Assembly: GCA_001779205.1 (NCBI GenBank)
Contig: MFJM01000072.1
Location: 1 to 42,769, forward strand
DNA: 42,769 nt
From: Candidatus Gottesmanbacteria bacterium RIFCSPHIGHO2_02_FULL_39_14
Lineage (GTDB): Bacteria > Patescibacteriota > Microgenomatia > 2-02-FULL-39-11
Direction of reading: 5' to 3'
Every line of letters starts with the position of its first letter. Positions within the stretch are counted from its first letter, which is position 1. Under the pieces are notes generated by a model that ran no database searches, had not been told where the DNA came from, and saw only the letters and a list, made by a program, of their open reading frames with translations. This document shows, in pieces, positions 1 through 9,384 of the stretch. A program made the translations under genes and the position numbers.

Positions 1-1236
1 ATGAATATTACCGACGTCGGGCATTTAACATCGGATGCGGACAGCGGTGAGGATAAAATGGAGAAGGGAGCAAAACGCGAAAAAAAATCTGTTTGGGAGA
101 TAGCCGAATTTTACTCAGAGGATTTTTTCAAAATGCTGAATCTTTTAAATATAAAAAAGCCAGCTGTTATTACTAAAGCAACCGAATATATTCCGCAGAT
201 GATCGATTTGGTTAAAGTTTTAGAAGAAAAAGGTTTTACCTATAAGACAGATGACGGGGTTTATTTTAATACAAAAATGTTAAAAGATTACGGGAAATTG
301 ACCGGTAAAACGAGGGATGTATTGGAGAAGACGTTGAAGGCCGGTGAAAGAATTGAGATGGTAGCGGGGAAAAAAAATATTACTGATTTTGCCTTATGGA
401 AATTGACTCCAAAGGGAGTTAAGCGGCAAATGGAGTGGGACAGTCCCTGGGGAAAAGGATTTCCCGGCTGGCATCTGGAATGTTCTGCTATGGGCATTAG
501 TCAATTGGGAGAAAGTTTTGATATCCATACTGGAGGTGTTGATCACATCCAGATACATCATACCAATGAAATCGCCCAAAGCGAGGCATACAGTGGCAAA
601 CCGTTTGTAAAATATTGGCTACATGCCGGTCACTTGACGGTTGAAGGGGAAAAAATGAGCAAGTCTCTGGGGAATTTCATCAGAGTCGTCGATTTAGTTA
701 AGAAGGGATACAATCCTTTGGCTTTAAGATATCTTTTTCTGACAGCTTCATACGGTCGCGATATGAATTTTACTTGGGAAAGCATAAAAGCAGCCCAAAG
801 TGCATATGAAGAACTATTTGGCAGAATCAGTGAAATTAAAAATTCGGCAACCACAGATAAGCGGGTAAGTTTATCGGCAGAAAAGTTAGATAAAATTGAG
901 GATTATAGAAATAAATTTGATGAGAGTATTAACAATAACCTGAATACGGCGGAAGGATTAGCAGCTGTTTGGCAAGCGGTGAAAAGCAATATACCGGCAA
1001 ACGATAAGTTGGATTTAATTTATTTATTTGATGAAGTATTAGGATTAAATTTAAAGCAAATTCAGGCTACAAAAGAAATCGAAATTCCCAGAAATATTTC
1101 GGAATTAGTTGAAAAGAGAGAAGCAAAGAGAGTGCAAAAAAAATTTCCGGAAGCTGATAAATTGAGAAAAGAAATAGAAAAGGCGGGCTATGCTGTGGTG
1201 GATACTCTCCAAGGACCGGTAATAAAAGCCCTATGA
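1..1236 (+). CDS. cysS: cysteine--tRNA ligase, 5' partial (N-terminal HIGH region lies upstream of the window)
   Basis: KMSKS loop (EKMSKSLGNF) plus class-I CysRS-like blocks NITDVGHLTSDADSGEDKM, FPGWHLECSAM and HTGGVDHIQIHHTNEIAQSEA. The ORF is open from base 1, so the first ATG is probably internal. TGA stop at 1234-1236. Confidence 0.9.
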   Translation: MNITDVGHLTSDADSGEDKMEKGAKREKKSVWEIAEFYSEDFFKMLNLLNIKKPAVITKATEYIPQMIDLVKVLEEKGFTYKTDDGVYFNTKMLKDYGKLTGKTRDVLEKTLKAGERIEMVAGKKNITDFALWKLTPKGVKRQMEWDSPWGKGFPGWHLECSAMGISQLGESFDIHTGGVDHIQIHHTNEIAQSEAYSGKPFVKYWLHAGHLTVEGEKMSKSLGNFIRVVDLVKKGYNPLALRYLFLTASYGRDMNFTWESIKAAQSAYEELFGRISEIKNSATTDKRVSLSAEKLDKIEDYRNKFDESINNNLNTAEGLAAVWQAVKSNIPANDKLDLIYLFDEVLGLNLKQIQATKEIEIPRNISELVEKREAKRVQKKFPEADKLRKEIEKAGYAVVDTLQGPVIKAL

Positions 1237-1880
1237 AAGTTAAAATCGGCATTGATATTGATAATGTACTAGCTGAGTCTTACCCAGCTTATTTAGATAA
1301 ATTTAATTCCAGATTTGATGCCGAAGTCAAGTTGGAGCAGATAAGAGAATTTTATTTCCTGAATAGATACATCGAAGAAAACAGCATAAAACACGGAAAA
1401 GAGATGGTCGATTTCATTGACGAGATGGTTTTTGATGAGAAATTTCAATTAGAAATCCCGCCTATCGAAGAGGCAATTAATGTCATAAATAATTGGGTAA
1501 AGAAAGGTTATGATATCCATTATGTCACTTCCAGACCGGTCGAAATTAGAAAGATTACTATAGACTGGCTGAAAAAGCACGGATTTTGGGTTCAAAAAGC
1601 CAAAGTGGATTTATTTGACAGTGAAAAGAGATATCAAAGCGATGTTCCATATAAGAAGGAAATTGCTAACAAATACAGAATTAATGTTTTTATTGAAGAT
1701 GCAATAGAAATCGCTTTAGGGATGGAAATACCGGTTTTTCTGTTTGACCGGCCGTGGAATCAGGGAAAATTAACAAAAAACATCATAAGAGTTTATTCCT
1801 GGCAGGAGATTGAGAAAAAAATGACTACGGTATTGGGAGATTTTGGCGATAAAAATTTCGAGTGTGGGCTGCAAGAGTGA
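1233..1880 (+). CDS. HAD-superfamily 5'(3')-deoxyribonucleotidase-like hydrolase
   Basis: HAD motif I DxDxV near the N-terminus (IGIDIDNVLA), 215 aa, overall resemblance to NT5C-type nucleotidases. The ATG overlaps the cysS stop (ATGA). Confidence 0.6.
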   Translation: MKVKIGIDIDNVLAESYPAYLDKFNSRFDAEVKLEQIREFYFLNRYIEENSIKHGKEMVDFIDEMVFDEKFQLEIPPIEEAINVINNWVKKGYDIHYVTSRPVEIRKITIDWLKKHGFWVQKAKVDLFDSEKRYQSDVPYKKEIANKYRINVFIEDAIEIALGMEIPVFLFDRPWNQGKLTKNIIRVYSWQEIEKKMTTVLGDFGDKNFECGLQE

Positions 1881-2835
1881 TCCAGGAACCGCCATTGAAG
1901 TTGTGATTTTCGCCGGGGTAAGTAAAATAGACGGCATTTTTGTTTTTCTCCTTAAGAATTTTCACTAATTCGTCGGACCACCAGTAAGGAACTTCCTGGT
2001 CATTTAATCCTTGATGAATTGAGAGAGGAGCATTTATCAAGTCGAAATACTCGGTGATGGAATATTTCTCACTTTGGTAATTCCTTTCAAAATCGGAAAT
2101 AATTTTTCTTAAGGCTTTTCCCTGATCTTCAAATTCATCGGTATAGTAAAGAACGGAGTACGGGAATGGTTTGGAAACCGGTGCCCAGAGGACGGTAGGA
2201 TAATTCTGGCCAGTGATCTCAAGAACAGCAAGGGCAATATGTCCGCCGTTGGAATGACCGAAGAGGCCAATTTTAGCGGGATCAAAGTCGAAATTGAAGT
2301 CAGGATAGATTTTTTTAACGGAAGAGGGTAAATTGGGAAGAGAAGCTAACAGTTGGAGCGTGGTGGTATATGTTTGGAATCTTTCTGCCAAAGGAAAAGC
2401 TGAGGGAGAGCTTGACTGGCCGTAACCAAGAAAATCAGGAGCAAGGGTAATAAAACCATTGGAGGAAAGATATTCTCCGATTCTTTTAGTACCGGTGCCG
2501 GTGGTGTAAATTTCCCGATCTACATAACCTCTTAATAAAACAATAATTCCTTGTGGTGGCAGGTTATCGGGAAGGTTTATAAGTCCGCTTACGGAGGCAG
2601 AGTCACTTTTAAAATAAAAAAGATTCTGATCAGCCAGAATAATTTCCTGGGGGCTAAATCGTGTATTTTTCAAATTTTCAATTGAATAGTGATCTAAGGC
2701 TCTTTCTTTTACTTCGACCTGATAGACAACGGGAGAAATAATTTTTAATTTAGACAAACGAAATTGATATCCGATTAGTCCCAGGCCGGACATGATAAGG
2801 ATAAGGGAAGATAAAATTAAAATTCGAGCAAGCAC
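1825..2835 (-). CDS. membrane-anchored alpha/beta hydrolase (prolyl-oligopeptidase/dienelactone-hydrolase-like)
   Basis: Nucleophile elbow GHSNGG, later acidic and His residues (GENHNF), N-terminal hydrophobic helix. The first codon is GTG at 2835; the next ATG (2793) would truncate the helix. The 3' end overlaps the convergent nucleotidase gene by 56 nt. Confidence 0.65.
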   Translation of the reverse strand: MLARILILSSLILIMSGLGLIGYQFRLSKLKIISPVVYQVEVKERALDHYSIENLKNTRFSPQEIILADQNLFYFKSDSASVSGLINLPDNLPPQGIIVLLRGYVDREIYTTGTGTKRIGEYLSSNGFITLAPDFLGYGQSSSPSAFPLAERFQTYTTTLQLLASLPNLPSSVKKIYPDFNFDFDPAKIGLFGHSNGGHIALAVLEITGQNYPTVLWAPVSKPFPYSVLYYTDEFEDQGKALRKIISDFERNYQSEKYSITEYFDLINAPLSIHQGLNDQEVPYWWSDELVKILKEKNKNAVYFTYPGENHNFNGGSWITLAAHTRNFYRQNLPIP

Positions 2836-2891
2836 AATATGGAATTTAACCTATTTTATTAAAAATAGATATGATATACTACTAGCTCAAT

Positions 2892-3269
2892 ATGGATAAT
2901 TTATACGAAATGATGTTGATAGAAAGACCCGGGGTAAGTGAGAGTGAAGAGAAAAAATTGTTGGTAAGATTAGAAAAATTGCTTGAAGGAAACGGTAAAA
3001 TTGTTAAAACTGAAAACTTAGGAAAAAAAGCGCTTTCATACAGGATTAAAAAAGAAACGGAAGGAAAATACTGGTTATTAAATTTGGAAATAAAACCGGC
3101 TTCGGTTTCCGAATTTTCCGCCAAAATTAAAATGGAGGAGGATATCCTTCGGTTTTTAATTTTAAGAAAAAAAATTAAAGCGGCAAGCGTAAAGGTTGAA
3201 AAGAAAAATACAAAAGAGAAAGAAAATAAAAAAGTTTCGACCAAAGGCCGAAGTCAAAGGAGTAAGTGA
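2892..3269 (+). CDS. rpsF: 30S ribosomal protein S6 with Lys-rich C-terminal tail
   Basis: S6-like N-terminus (YEMMLIERP...EKLLEGNGKIVKTENLGKKALSYRIKKETEGKY) and the conserved rpsF-ssb-rpsR order. Confidence 0.85.
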   Translation: MDNLYEMMLIERPGVSESEEKKLLVRLEKLLEGNGKIVKTENLGKKALSYRIKKETEGKYWLLNLEIKPASVSEFSAKIKMEEDILRFLILRKKIKAASVKVEKKNTKEKENKKVSTKGRSQRSK

Positions 3270-3272
3270 GAT

Positions 3273-3875
3273 ATGTCAGTACGATCATTAAATAAAGTTA
3301 TACTTATAGGTAATTTAACCCGTGACCCGGAGTTGAGATATACACCGGCAGGAACAGCCGTTTGTACATTCGGATTGGCTACCAACAGACAATGGACCAC
3401 CCAGACAGGTGAAAGTAAAGAAGAGACAGAATTTCACCGTATTGTTTCCTGGAATAAACTGGCAGAACTTTGTTCGCAGCTTTTGTCCAAAGGCAGAAAA
3501 GTATACGTTGAGGGAAGACTGGCAACGCGTACCTGGACAGGACAGGACGGAGCCCAAAGAACTACGACCGAGATTGTCATTGATGACATGATTATATTGG
3601 ATTCCAAAAAGGTATTTAAAGAAGAAGGTGAGATTAATCTGCCTGTAAATATTGTCGGAACCAAAGCTGAACCGGTAGTTGGGAAGACGGTGTCAACGGT
3701 TGCAGAAGTAGTAACAGAGGCAGCTGGTAACGTTAATACGACAGTCCAAGTGGCAAGTGATGACAAAAAGAAGAAAAAAAAGAAGTCAGCTGATCAAGAA
3801 ACCGGAGCAGAATCGAATCCCTCGAATAAAGAAAAAGCAACTGAAGATATTACACCTGATGATATTCCATTCTAG
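3273..3875 (+). CDS. ssb: single-stranded DNA-binding protein
   Basis: OB-fold N-terminus (LNKVILIGNLTRDPELRYTPAGTAVCTFGLATNR...FHRIVSWNKLAE), long low-complexity linker with a K8 run, and the canonical acidic tip DDIPF. SD-like AAGGAG lies upstream. Confidence 0.9.
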   Translation: MSVRSLNKVILIGNLTRDPELRYTPAGTAVCTFGLATNRQWTTQTGESKEETEFHRIVSWNKLAELCSQLLSKGRKVYVEGRLATRTWTGQDGAQRTTTEIVIDDMIILDSKKVFKEEGEINLPVNIVGTKAEPVVGKTVSTVAEVVTEAAGNVNTTVQVASDDKKKKKKKSADQETGAESNPSNKEKATEDITPDDIPF

Positions 3876-3889
3876 TGTAGGAGGGCATA

Positions 3890-4141
3890 ATGGCGAGAAG
3901 TAAACCGGTCAGAAGAATAAGAAAAAGAATTATCAGAATTAAAAATTGTCCTTATTGCAAGCTTAAAAGTGAACCTGATTATAAGGATACGGAAAACTTG
4001 AAACATTACCTGTCGGAAAGAGGTAAAATTTTACCCAGGTCGTTGACCGGAATTTGTCAGAAACATCAGTTAAGACTTTCAAGGTCAATTAAACAGGCTA
4101 GATTCATGGCTTTCCTTCCGTTTATTGTCAAACCCAGCTAA
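3890..4141 (+). CDS. rpsR: 30S ribosomal protein S18
   Basis: CPYCK...DYKDTENLKHYLSERGKILPRSLTGICQKHQLRLSRSIKQARFMAFLPF. SD GGAGGG lies 5-10 nt upstream of the ATG. Confidence 0.9.
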   Translation: MARSKPVRRIRKRIIRIKNCPYCKLKSEPDYKDTENLKHYLSERGKILPRSLTGICQKHQLRLSRSIKQARFMAFLPFIVKPS

Positions 4142-4157
4142 ACGGCATTATTATCTC

Positions 4158-4883
4158 ATGAAGACGGTAGTCAAAATACTCCTCCCATACAACAGCAAAA
4201 TTTTAGTTTCGGAAAACAGTGATGTGGCAAAAGGAGAGGTTATTGCCATGAATGAAGAGGAAAATAAGGTTGAAATTAACCTATCGAATATTTTAAAAGT
4301 TAAGCCTTTAAATATTTATAAATATTTGAAAAGACGACCGAGGGATGTTATTTCAGAAGGAGAGTTATTAGCTGAAAAAAAAACTTTGGTTTCTCATTTA
4401 ACGGTGAAAAGCCCGATTTCAGGTAAAATTACCGAAGTTGATTTAAAAAAAGGTACTGTCAGAATAGTAAAAAATGGCGGACAATCCGGAAAAGTCACCA
4501 TACCGGTGGCGGGTAAAGTTAAAAGTATAGGCCAAGACAAAATAGAAATTGAAGTTAAAGGTATAAGAATTAAAGGTTTGACGGGAAGCGGAGAAAATCG
4601 GCTAGCCCGTTTAAAGGTTCTGGCGGATGAAAAAAGGTCATATTTTGACATAGGAAGTGAGGTAGAAAAACAATTAATCTTAATTAAAAAAGCCGGTTCA
4701 GAAATTCTGGCGAAATTGGATACACTTGAAGCCTTAGGTGTTATCTCTACAGAATTAGCGGAAAATAACGATTTTTCGGTATTGGTTGTATCAGATGATT
4801 CATTTTCCGAGCTGGAAAGGGCAGAAAATAAACTAGTCTGGTTGCGGCCGAAAGAGGCAGAGGCAATTATATTAGAAGAATAA
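4158..4883 (+). CDS. hypothetical protein with a possible lipoyl/barrel-sandwich-like segment
   Basis: Long ORF. I chose the ATG at 4158 (MKTVVK) because the track start at 4125 overlaps rpsR. The segment VKSPISGKITEVDLKKGTVRI resembles barrel-sandwich hybrid motifs. No family recognised. Confidence 0.45.
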   Translation: MKTVVKILLPYNSKILVSENSDVAKGEVIAMNEEENKVEINLSNILKVKPLNIYKYLKRRPRDVISEGELLAEKKTLVSHLTVKSPISGKITEVDLKKGTVRIVKNGGQSGKVTIPVAGKVKSIGQDKIEIEVKGIRIKGLTGSGENRLARLKVLADEKRSYFDIGSEVEKQLILIKKAGSEILAKLDTLEALGVISTELAENNDFSVLVVSDDSFSELERAENKLVWLRPKEAEAIILEE

Positions 4884-4885
4884 TC

Positions 4886-6181
4886 ATGCGTCTTGTTAGA
4901 AACATATTGCTAATTTTAGTTTTGGTAGTATTATCTTTCGGAACCGGTTTTAATCTGGGAAGTAAAAGGCAGGAGAGAGTGACTGTTGTTTCCTTCTCGG
5001 CAGCTGATAAAGAAAGAGCCAGGGGGAAGGAGTTGGATTTCTCACTTTTTTGGGACGTATGGGACCGTCTTTATACCTATTATCTGGTAAAATCAGATTT
5101 AGAACCACAAAAAATGATCTATGGTGCCATTTCGGGCATGGTTGCTGCACTTGGCGATCCGTATACCGTTTTTCTTTCACCTGAACAGAATGAGGAAGCC
5201 AAGGATGATTTAGGAGGAAGATTTGAAGGAATCGGGGCTCAGTTGGGAATTAAGGATAAAAAAATAGTGGTTGTTGCTCCGTTAAAAAATTCACCTGCAG
5301 AAGAGGCAGGGCTTTCGTCTGGAGATTGGATTGTCAAAGTTGACGGAAAAGAAACGCTTAATTGGACTTTACCTGAAGTTGTTTCTAAAATCAGAGGTCC
5401 GAAGGGGAGTAAAGTACGTTTATCTGTCATTAAAACAGGGGCAGAAAATAGTCAGGATCTGGATGTATTGAGAGATGAGATTAAAGTAGCTTCTGTCGAA
5501 TGGGAAGAATTCTTAGTTAATTGTCAAGGGGGAAAGAATGAAGATCAGTTCCGTTGTCAAGAATATGAAAATGATTGCCAATCCTGCCAGACTATCTTTT
5601 ATCTGAAATTATCCAGATTTGGAGATAACACCAACAATGAATGGTCTAAAGTTGTCAATGAAATTAATGACAGACGATCCAAATTACCTGTCAAGAAGAA
5701 ACTTGGTCTTATCTTTGATGTAAGAAACAATCCGGGAGGTTATCTGACCGGATCGGTTTTTATCGCTTCTGAGTTTATCGCCAGCGGAGAAGTGGTGACA
5801 CAGGAGAATGCAGACGGGACAAAAAAAACCTATAAAGTTAACCGTCAGGGGAAGTTAACCGACATTCCCATGGTTGTTTTAATCAATAAAGGTAGCGCTT
5901 CAGCATCGGAAATAGTAGCAGGAGCTTTAAAAGTGAGAAAAGATGTTCCTTTAGTAGGGGAAACATCTTTTGGTAAGGGAACAATTCAGGAAGCCCAGGA
6001 TTTGGCTGAGGGTGCTGGTATTCATATAACCACTGCCAAGTGGCTGCTACCCGATAAAAGTCATTTGAACGGAGAAGGAATTAAGCCGGATGTAATGATT
6101 GAAAATGATGAGAACAATCCCGAGAGTGATTTACAGTTGGATCGCGCCATCGATACCCTTTATCAACATAACAGTCAGTGA
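4886..6181 (+). CDS. S41-family carboxyl-terminal processing peptidase with PDZ domain
   Basis: N-terminal TM helix, PDZ-like block (SPAEEAGLSSGDWIVKVDG), catalytic-Ser region NKGSASASEIVAGAL and Lys region TSFGKGTIQE. Carries a Cys-rich insert (see findings). Confidence 0.85.
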   Translation: MRLVRNILLILVLVVLSFGTGFNLGSKRQERVTVVSFSAADKERARGKELDFSLFWDVWDRLYTYYLVKSDLEPQKMIYGAISGMVAALGDPYTVFLSPEQNEEAKDDLGGRFEGIGAQLGIKDKKIVVVAPLKNSPAEEAGLSSGDWIVKVDGKETLNWTLPEVVSKIRGPKGSKVRLSVIKTGAENSQDLDVLRDEIKVASVEWEEFLVNCQGGKNEDQFRCQEYENDCQSCQTIFYLKLSRFGDNTNNEWSKVVNEINDRRSKLPVKKKLGLIFDVRNNPGGYLTGSVFIASEFIASGEVVTQENADGTKKTYKVNRQGKLTDIPMVVLINKGSASASEIVAGALKVRKDVPLVGETSFGKGTIQEAQDLAEGAGIHITTAKWLLPDKSHLNGEGIKPDVMIENDENNPESDLQLDRAIDTLYQHNSQ

Positions 6182-6195
6182 TATAATGACTTTTA

Positions 6196-6245
6196 CCCTT
6201 TTAGCTAGATCCCTCGCTGGCGGCTCGGGATGACAAAGGGGTTTT
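6196..6245 (+). terminator. candidate intrinsic terminator after the S41 peptidase gene
   Basis: Nested stems CCCTTT(6196-6201)/AAAGGG(6235-6240) and ATCCC(6209-6213)/GGGAT(6227-6231), followed by G-TTTT (6242-6245). Only compatible with htrA starting at 6248. Confidence 0.3.
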
Positions 6246-6247
6246 AT

Positions 6248-7411
6248 ATGAAAAGAATATTAGTTCTAATAGGTCTTTTTGTCATTCTGGTTTTAATTGG
6301 TACCTCAACTAATCAATTGAATTTAAGCTTACCGGATGTCAAGAATTGGTTTGTTCCTAACAAAACCCCGGTTTTAGAAAAGCAGAAATTACAAATAGTT
6401 AACGAGGAATCAGTAATCACCAAAGTAGTTGAAGAGACATCTTCCTCGGTAGTAACTATTTCGGTGGTCAAATCAAGGAAAATAGGTAGAATATTTGAAA
6501 TCAATCCTTTTGATCCGTTTGATATTTTCAGACAATCCCCCAACCTGAGAGGTGAACAGCCGACAGTTCAGGACATAGGAACTGGCTTTATAGTTTCCAA
6601 AGACGGATTAATTGTGACCAATAAACATGTTGTTTCGGACAGCGGGGTTAAATACCGGGTCATAACTGGCGATGATAAAGAATATCAGATTGAAAAAATT
6701 TACCGGGATCCTTCAAATGATCTGGCTATTATTAAAATCAGCGCCAGCGGATTAAAACCCGTTGAGTTGGGTGATTCAGGCAAATTGAAAGTCGGGCAGA
6801 TGGCCATAGCTATTGGAACGGCATTAGGCGAATTTCGCAACACTGTGACTGTCGGAGTGATTTCAGGATTAGGCAGAGGCATTACGGCAGGGAGTCCCTT
6901 TGAAGGGTATGTGGAAAGGTTGGATGATGTTATCCAAACTGATGCAGCAATTAATCCCGGCAATTCTGGCGGACCGCTCCTGAATTCTGCCGGTCAGGTA
7001 ATCGGGGTAAATATAGCAGTTTCATCAGAGGGACAAAATATCGGATTTGCCCTGCCTATAAATGTCGTTAAGAGTTTACTTACGGAATTTAACAAAAGCG
7101 GCGGACGGTTTGAAAGGCCGTTTTTAGGTGTCAGATACCGGATGATTACCAGGGATTTGGCGATTATGTATGAGATTCCGCAAGGTGCCTATGTTCAGGA
7201 AGTGGTGGCGGATTCACCAGCTGATAAGGGAGGCATACAGGAAGAAGATGTGATCGTGGAAATCGGCGGACAGAAGGTAACTGAAGATAATGGCGGATTG
7301 GCTAAAATTATTGCCGGTAAGAAATCCGGGGATCAGGTTACGGTAACGGTATGGAGGAACGGGGAGACGGTTGAGTTAAAAGTGACCATTGGACAGACTA
7401 GCGGAGAGTGA
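6248..7411 (+). CDS. htrA: HtrA/DegP-family serine protease with C-terminal PDZ domain
   Basis: Catalytic triad contexts TNKHVV, NDLAIIK and GNSGGPLLN, a PDZ-like C-terminus (SPADKGGIQEEDVIVEIGG) and an N-terminal TM helix. An alternative in-frame ATG lies at 6230; 6248 is preceded by AAAGGGG. Confidence 0.85.
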   Translation: MKRILVLIGLFVILVLIGTSTNQLNLSLPDVKNWFVPNKTPVLEKQKLQIVNEESVITKVVEETSSSVVTISVVKSRKIGRIFEINPFDPFDIFRQSPNLRGEQPTVQDIGTGFIVSKDGLIVTNKHVVSDSGVKYRVITGDDKEYQIEKIYRDPSNDLAIIKISASGLKPVELGDSGKLKVGQMAIAIGTALGEFRNTVTVGVISGLGRGITAGSPFEGYVERLDDVIQTDAAINPGNSGGPLLNSAGQVIGVNIAVSSEGQNIGFALPINVVKSLLTEFNKSGGRFERPFLGVRYRMITRDLAIMYEIPQGAYVQEVVADSPADKGGIQEEDVIVEIGGQKVTEDNGGLAKIIAGKKSGDQVTVTVWRNGETVELKVTIGQTSGE

Positions 7412-8086
7412 GTCAAGGATTTTATCCAGCTTTCCTTCCATAATATCTTCCAGATTATGCCAGTTCTTATTGATCCGATGATCAGTCACCCGGTTTTGGG
7501 GGAAGTTATAAGTCCTTATTTTTTCCGCCCGCATACCGCGGCCAATCATTGATCTGGCTGTTCCCAAAATTTGAGTCTTTTTTTCCTCTTCCTGTTGCCA
7601 AAGTTTCGATCTTAATAGGGACTCGGCAATACGACGATTTTGTTCCTGAGATCTTTCCGATTGCGCTGTGACTATAATACCTGTAGGGTTATGTCTCAGC
7701 CTGACGGCTGTAGATACTTTATTGACGTTTTGGCCACCCTTACCTGACGCACGGTAAAATTCCCACTCCAAGTCGTTAGGGTTGATATTGATTTGAGTTT
7801 CGGGAATTTCAGGAGTTATCAGAACGATGGCAGTTGAAGTATGGATACGGCCATATCTTTCTGTTTGAGGAATTCTTTGGACGCGATGAACACCAGTCTC
7901 CGGAAGTAAAAGAGGATAGACATTAGATCCCTGAATTCTGATAATATTTTCGTCCAGAATTTGAGTTTTAAAGCCTTTTTGTTGGGCAAATCTTAAATAC
8001 ATTCTTAAAAGATCAAGAGCCCAAATTTTAGCTTCGTCACCGCCGGTTGCTCCGCGGATTTCTAGGATAGCGATATCGTTATTCAT
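7376..8086 (-). CDS. prfA: peptide chain release factor, RF1-type, lacking N-terminal domain 1
   Basis: GGQ motif ([19 protein letters not shown]) and a RF1-style tripeptide context [14 protein letters not shown] (PxT-like, not the SPF of RF2). The protein starts at the [13 protein letters not shown] block that opens domain 2 in full-length RF1. 236 aa. The ATG overlaps the rpmE stop. Confidence 0.8.
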   Translation of the reverse strand: MNNDIAILEIRGATGGDEAKIWALDLLRMYLRFAQQKGFKTQILDENIIRIQGSNVYPLLLPETGVHRVQRIPQTERYGRIHTSTAIVLITPEIPETQININPNDLEWEFYRASGKGGQNVNKVSTAVRLRHNPTGIIVTAQSERSQEQNRRIAESLLRSKLWQQEEEKKTQILGTARSMIGRGMRAEKIRTYNFPQNRVTDHRINKNWHNLEDIMEGKLDKILDSLSASLSNGHF

Positions 8087-8387
8087 TGCCCAGCAGCATT
8101 TCTCGGAGAGTTTTTGGTTGGCGGACAGTAGAGCTTTCTTCTATCTTTTTCTTTTTCTTTTCCCTCAAGATTTTGAGAGAAACTTCGGCCTCTTTAGCTT
8201 TTTTCTGGAATTTTTCCACCCGTCCCAGGGTATCAACAAATTTCATTTCACCGGTAAAAAAAGGATGGCATTTATGACAGACTTCGACTTTAATTTGAGG
8301 TTTGGTTGAACCGACGCGAAATATATTGCCGCAAGCGCAGACTATTTCGGCATCGTTATACCATTTCGGATGAATTGAACTTTTCAT
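8079..8387 (-). CDS. rpmE: 50S ribosomal protein L31 (Zn-ribbon type) with ~40-aa Lys-rich C-terminal extension
   Basis: [10 protein letters not shown]...VCACGN...[11 protein letters not shown]...[14 protein letters not shown] chose the ATG at 8387 (the track start at 8405 adds 6 residues). Confidence 0.85.
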   Translation of the reverse strand: MKSSIHPKWYNDAEIVCACGNIFRVGSTKPQIKVEVCHKCHPFFTGEMKFVDTLGRVEKFQKKAKEAEVSLKILREKKKKKIEESSTVRQPKTLREMLLGNE

Positions 8388-8411
8388 AAGAAACGCATTA
8401 TACATTAATTA

Positions 8412-9344
8412 TCAGGCTAATTCCATGATGAAAAAGAGGATATAGATAATAAATAAAATAAAGCCTTCTTTTCGGGAAATATCATTTTTACTGCGGGTAA
8501 AATAATAAAATAGTGACAGTCCGCAGACAGTGAAAATAAAGGTTATCAGGAAATGGTTTTCCAGAACAACTTTTTTTCCATTGATTACCGTTAAAATGCC
8601 CAAGAGGACGGAGTTGGTGGCCGCTGAGCCGATGTAGTCACCGAGAGCGATTTCTTTTTTTCCGGTTGTGATCGATCTTAAAGCAATTGATATTTCCGGC
8701 AGATTAGTACCGATAGATAATCCTAAAAGGCCTAATATGAAGGTAGAAATCCCGAGATTGTTGGCAAAAATTACTGTTTTGTCTACCAGAATAGAACTGG
8801 ACATAAAGACGATATATGCCCCGACAACTATTTTAAAAAAATCCCTTAAAGTTTCTTTTTTATGGGATATAAATTTATCCCGGAAATGATCAAGAAGACC
8901 TTTTCTTTTTTCCATGGAATAGAAGAGGATAGGAAAAACCGTGATTAACAGGAGACTTTCAACTATGGTCAGATTTTTATCGATGATAAGGAGTGCCGGC
9001 AGTCCGATTACATAGAGGGAAAAGATAAGTCTTGGAGTATTTAACTGATGGCTAAGGATGATGCCTTTGCCCAAGATAGCAAGCATGGGAATAATCATTA
9101 AAAAAATAATAACCGAACCGCCAATGAGGTTTCCAACATAAATTTCCGGACGTTTTTCCAGAATGCTGTTGATACCGACGGATAATTCAGGAAGACTTGT
9201 TAAGAAGCCGAGAATAAAGAAAGAGGCAGCAAAAGTGGAAATTTCCAAGCGTTTGGAGATTCTTTCCAACGAATAGACAATAAGTCCGGCTCCCAGCCAA
9301 AGAACGATTAGAGAAAAGAAAAAGAATGACAGATCAGAGAGCAT
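8412..9344 (-). CDS. Ca2+/cation antiporter (CaCA, YrbG-like) family membrane protein
   Basis: About 10 hydrophobic helices and two alpha-repeat signatures (GNLIGGSVIIF and GDYIGSAATNSVL). Confidence 0.75.
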   Translation of the reverse strand: MLSDLSFFFFSLIVLWLGAGLIVYSLERISKRLEISTFAASFFILGFLTSLPELSVGINSILEKRPEIYVGNLIGGSVIIFLMIIPMLAILGKGIILSHQLNTPRLIFSLYVIGLPALLIIDKNLTIVESLLLITVFPILFYSMEKRKGLLDHFRDKFISHKKETLRDFFKIVVGAYIVFMSSSILVDKTVIFANNLGISTFILGLLGLSIGTNLPEISIALRSITTGKKEIALGDYIGSAATNSVLLGILTVINGKKVVLENHFLITFIFTVCGLSLFYYFTRSKNDISRKEGFILFIIYILFFIMELA

Positions 9345-9384
9345 TAATAAAATTATAGCGGTAAATTTCGATAAACTTCAATTT

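Noticed and set aside
8079-8100. Programmed frameshift joining L31 to the release factor, or a prfB-style +1 frameshift site
   Set aside because: The factor is RF1-like (PxT context, not SPF). There is no CUU-UGA-type shifty site with an upstream SD. An L31-RF fusion has no precedent that I know of. Simple stop/start overlap explains the junction.
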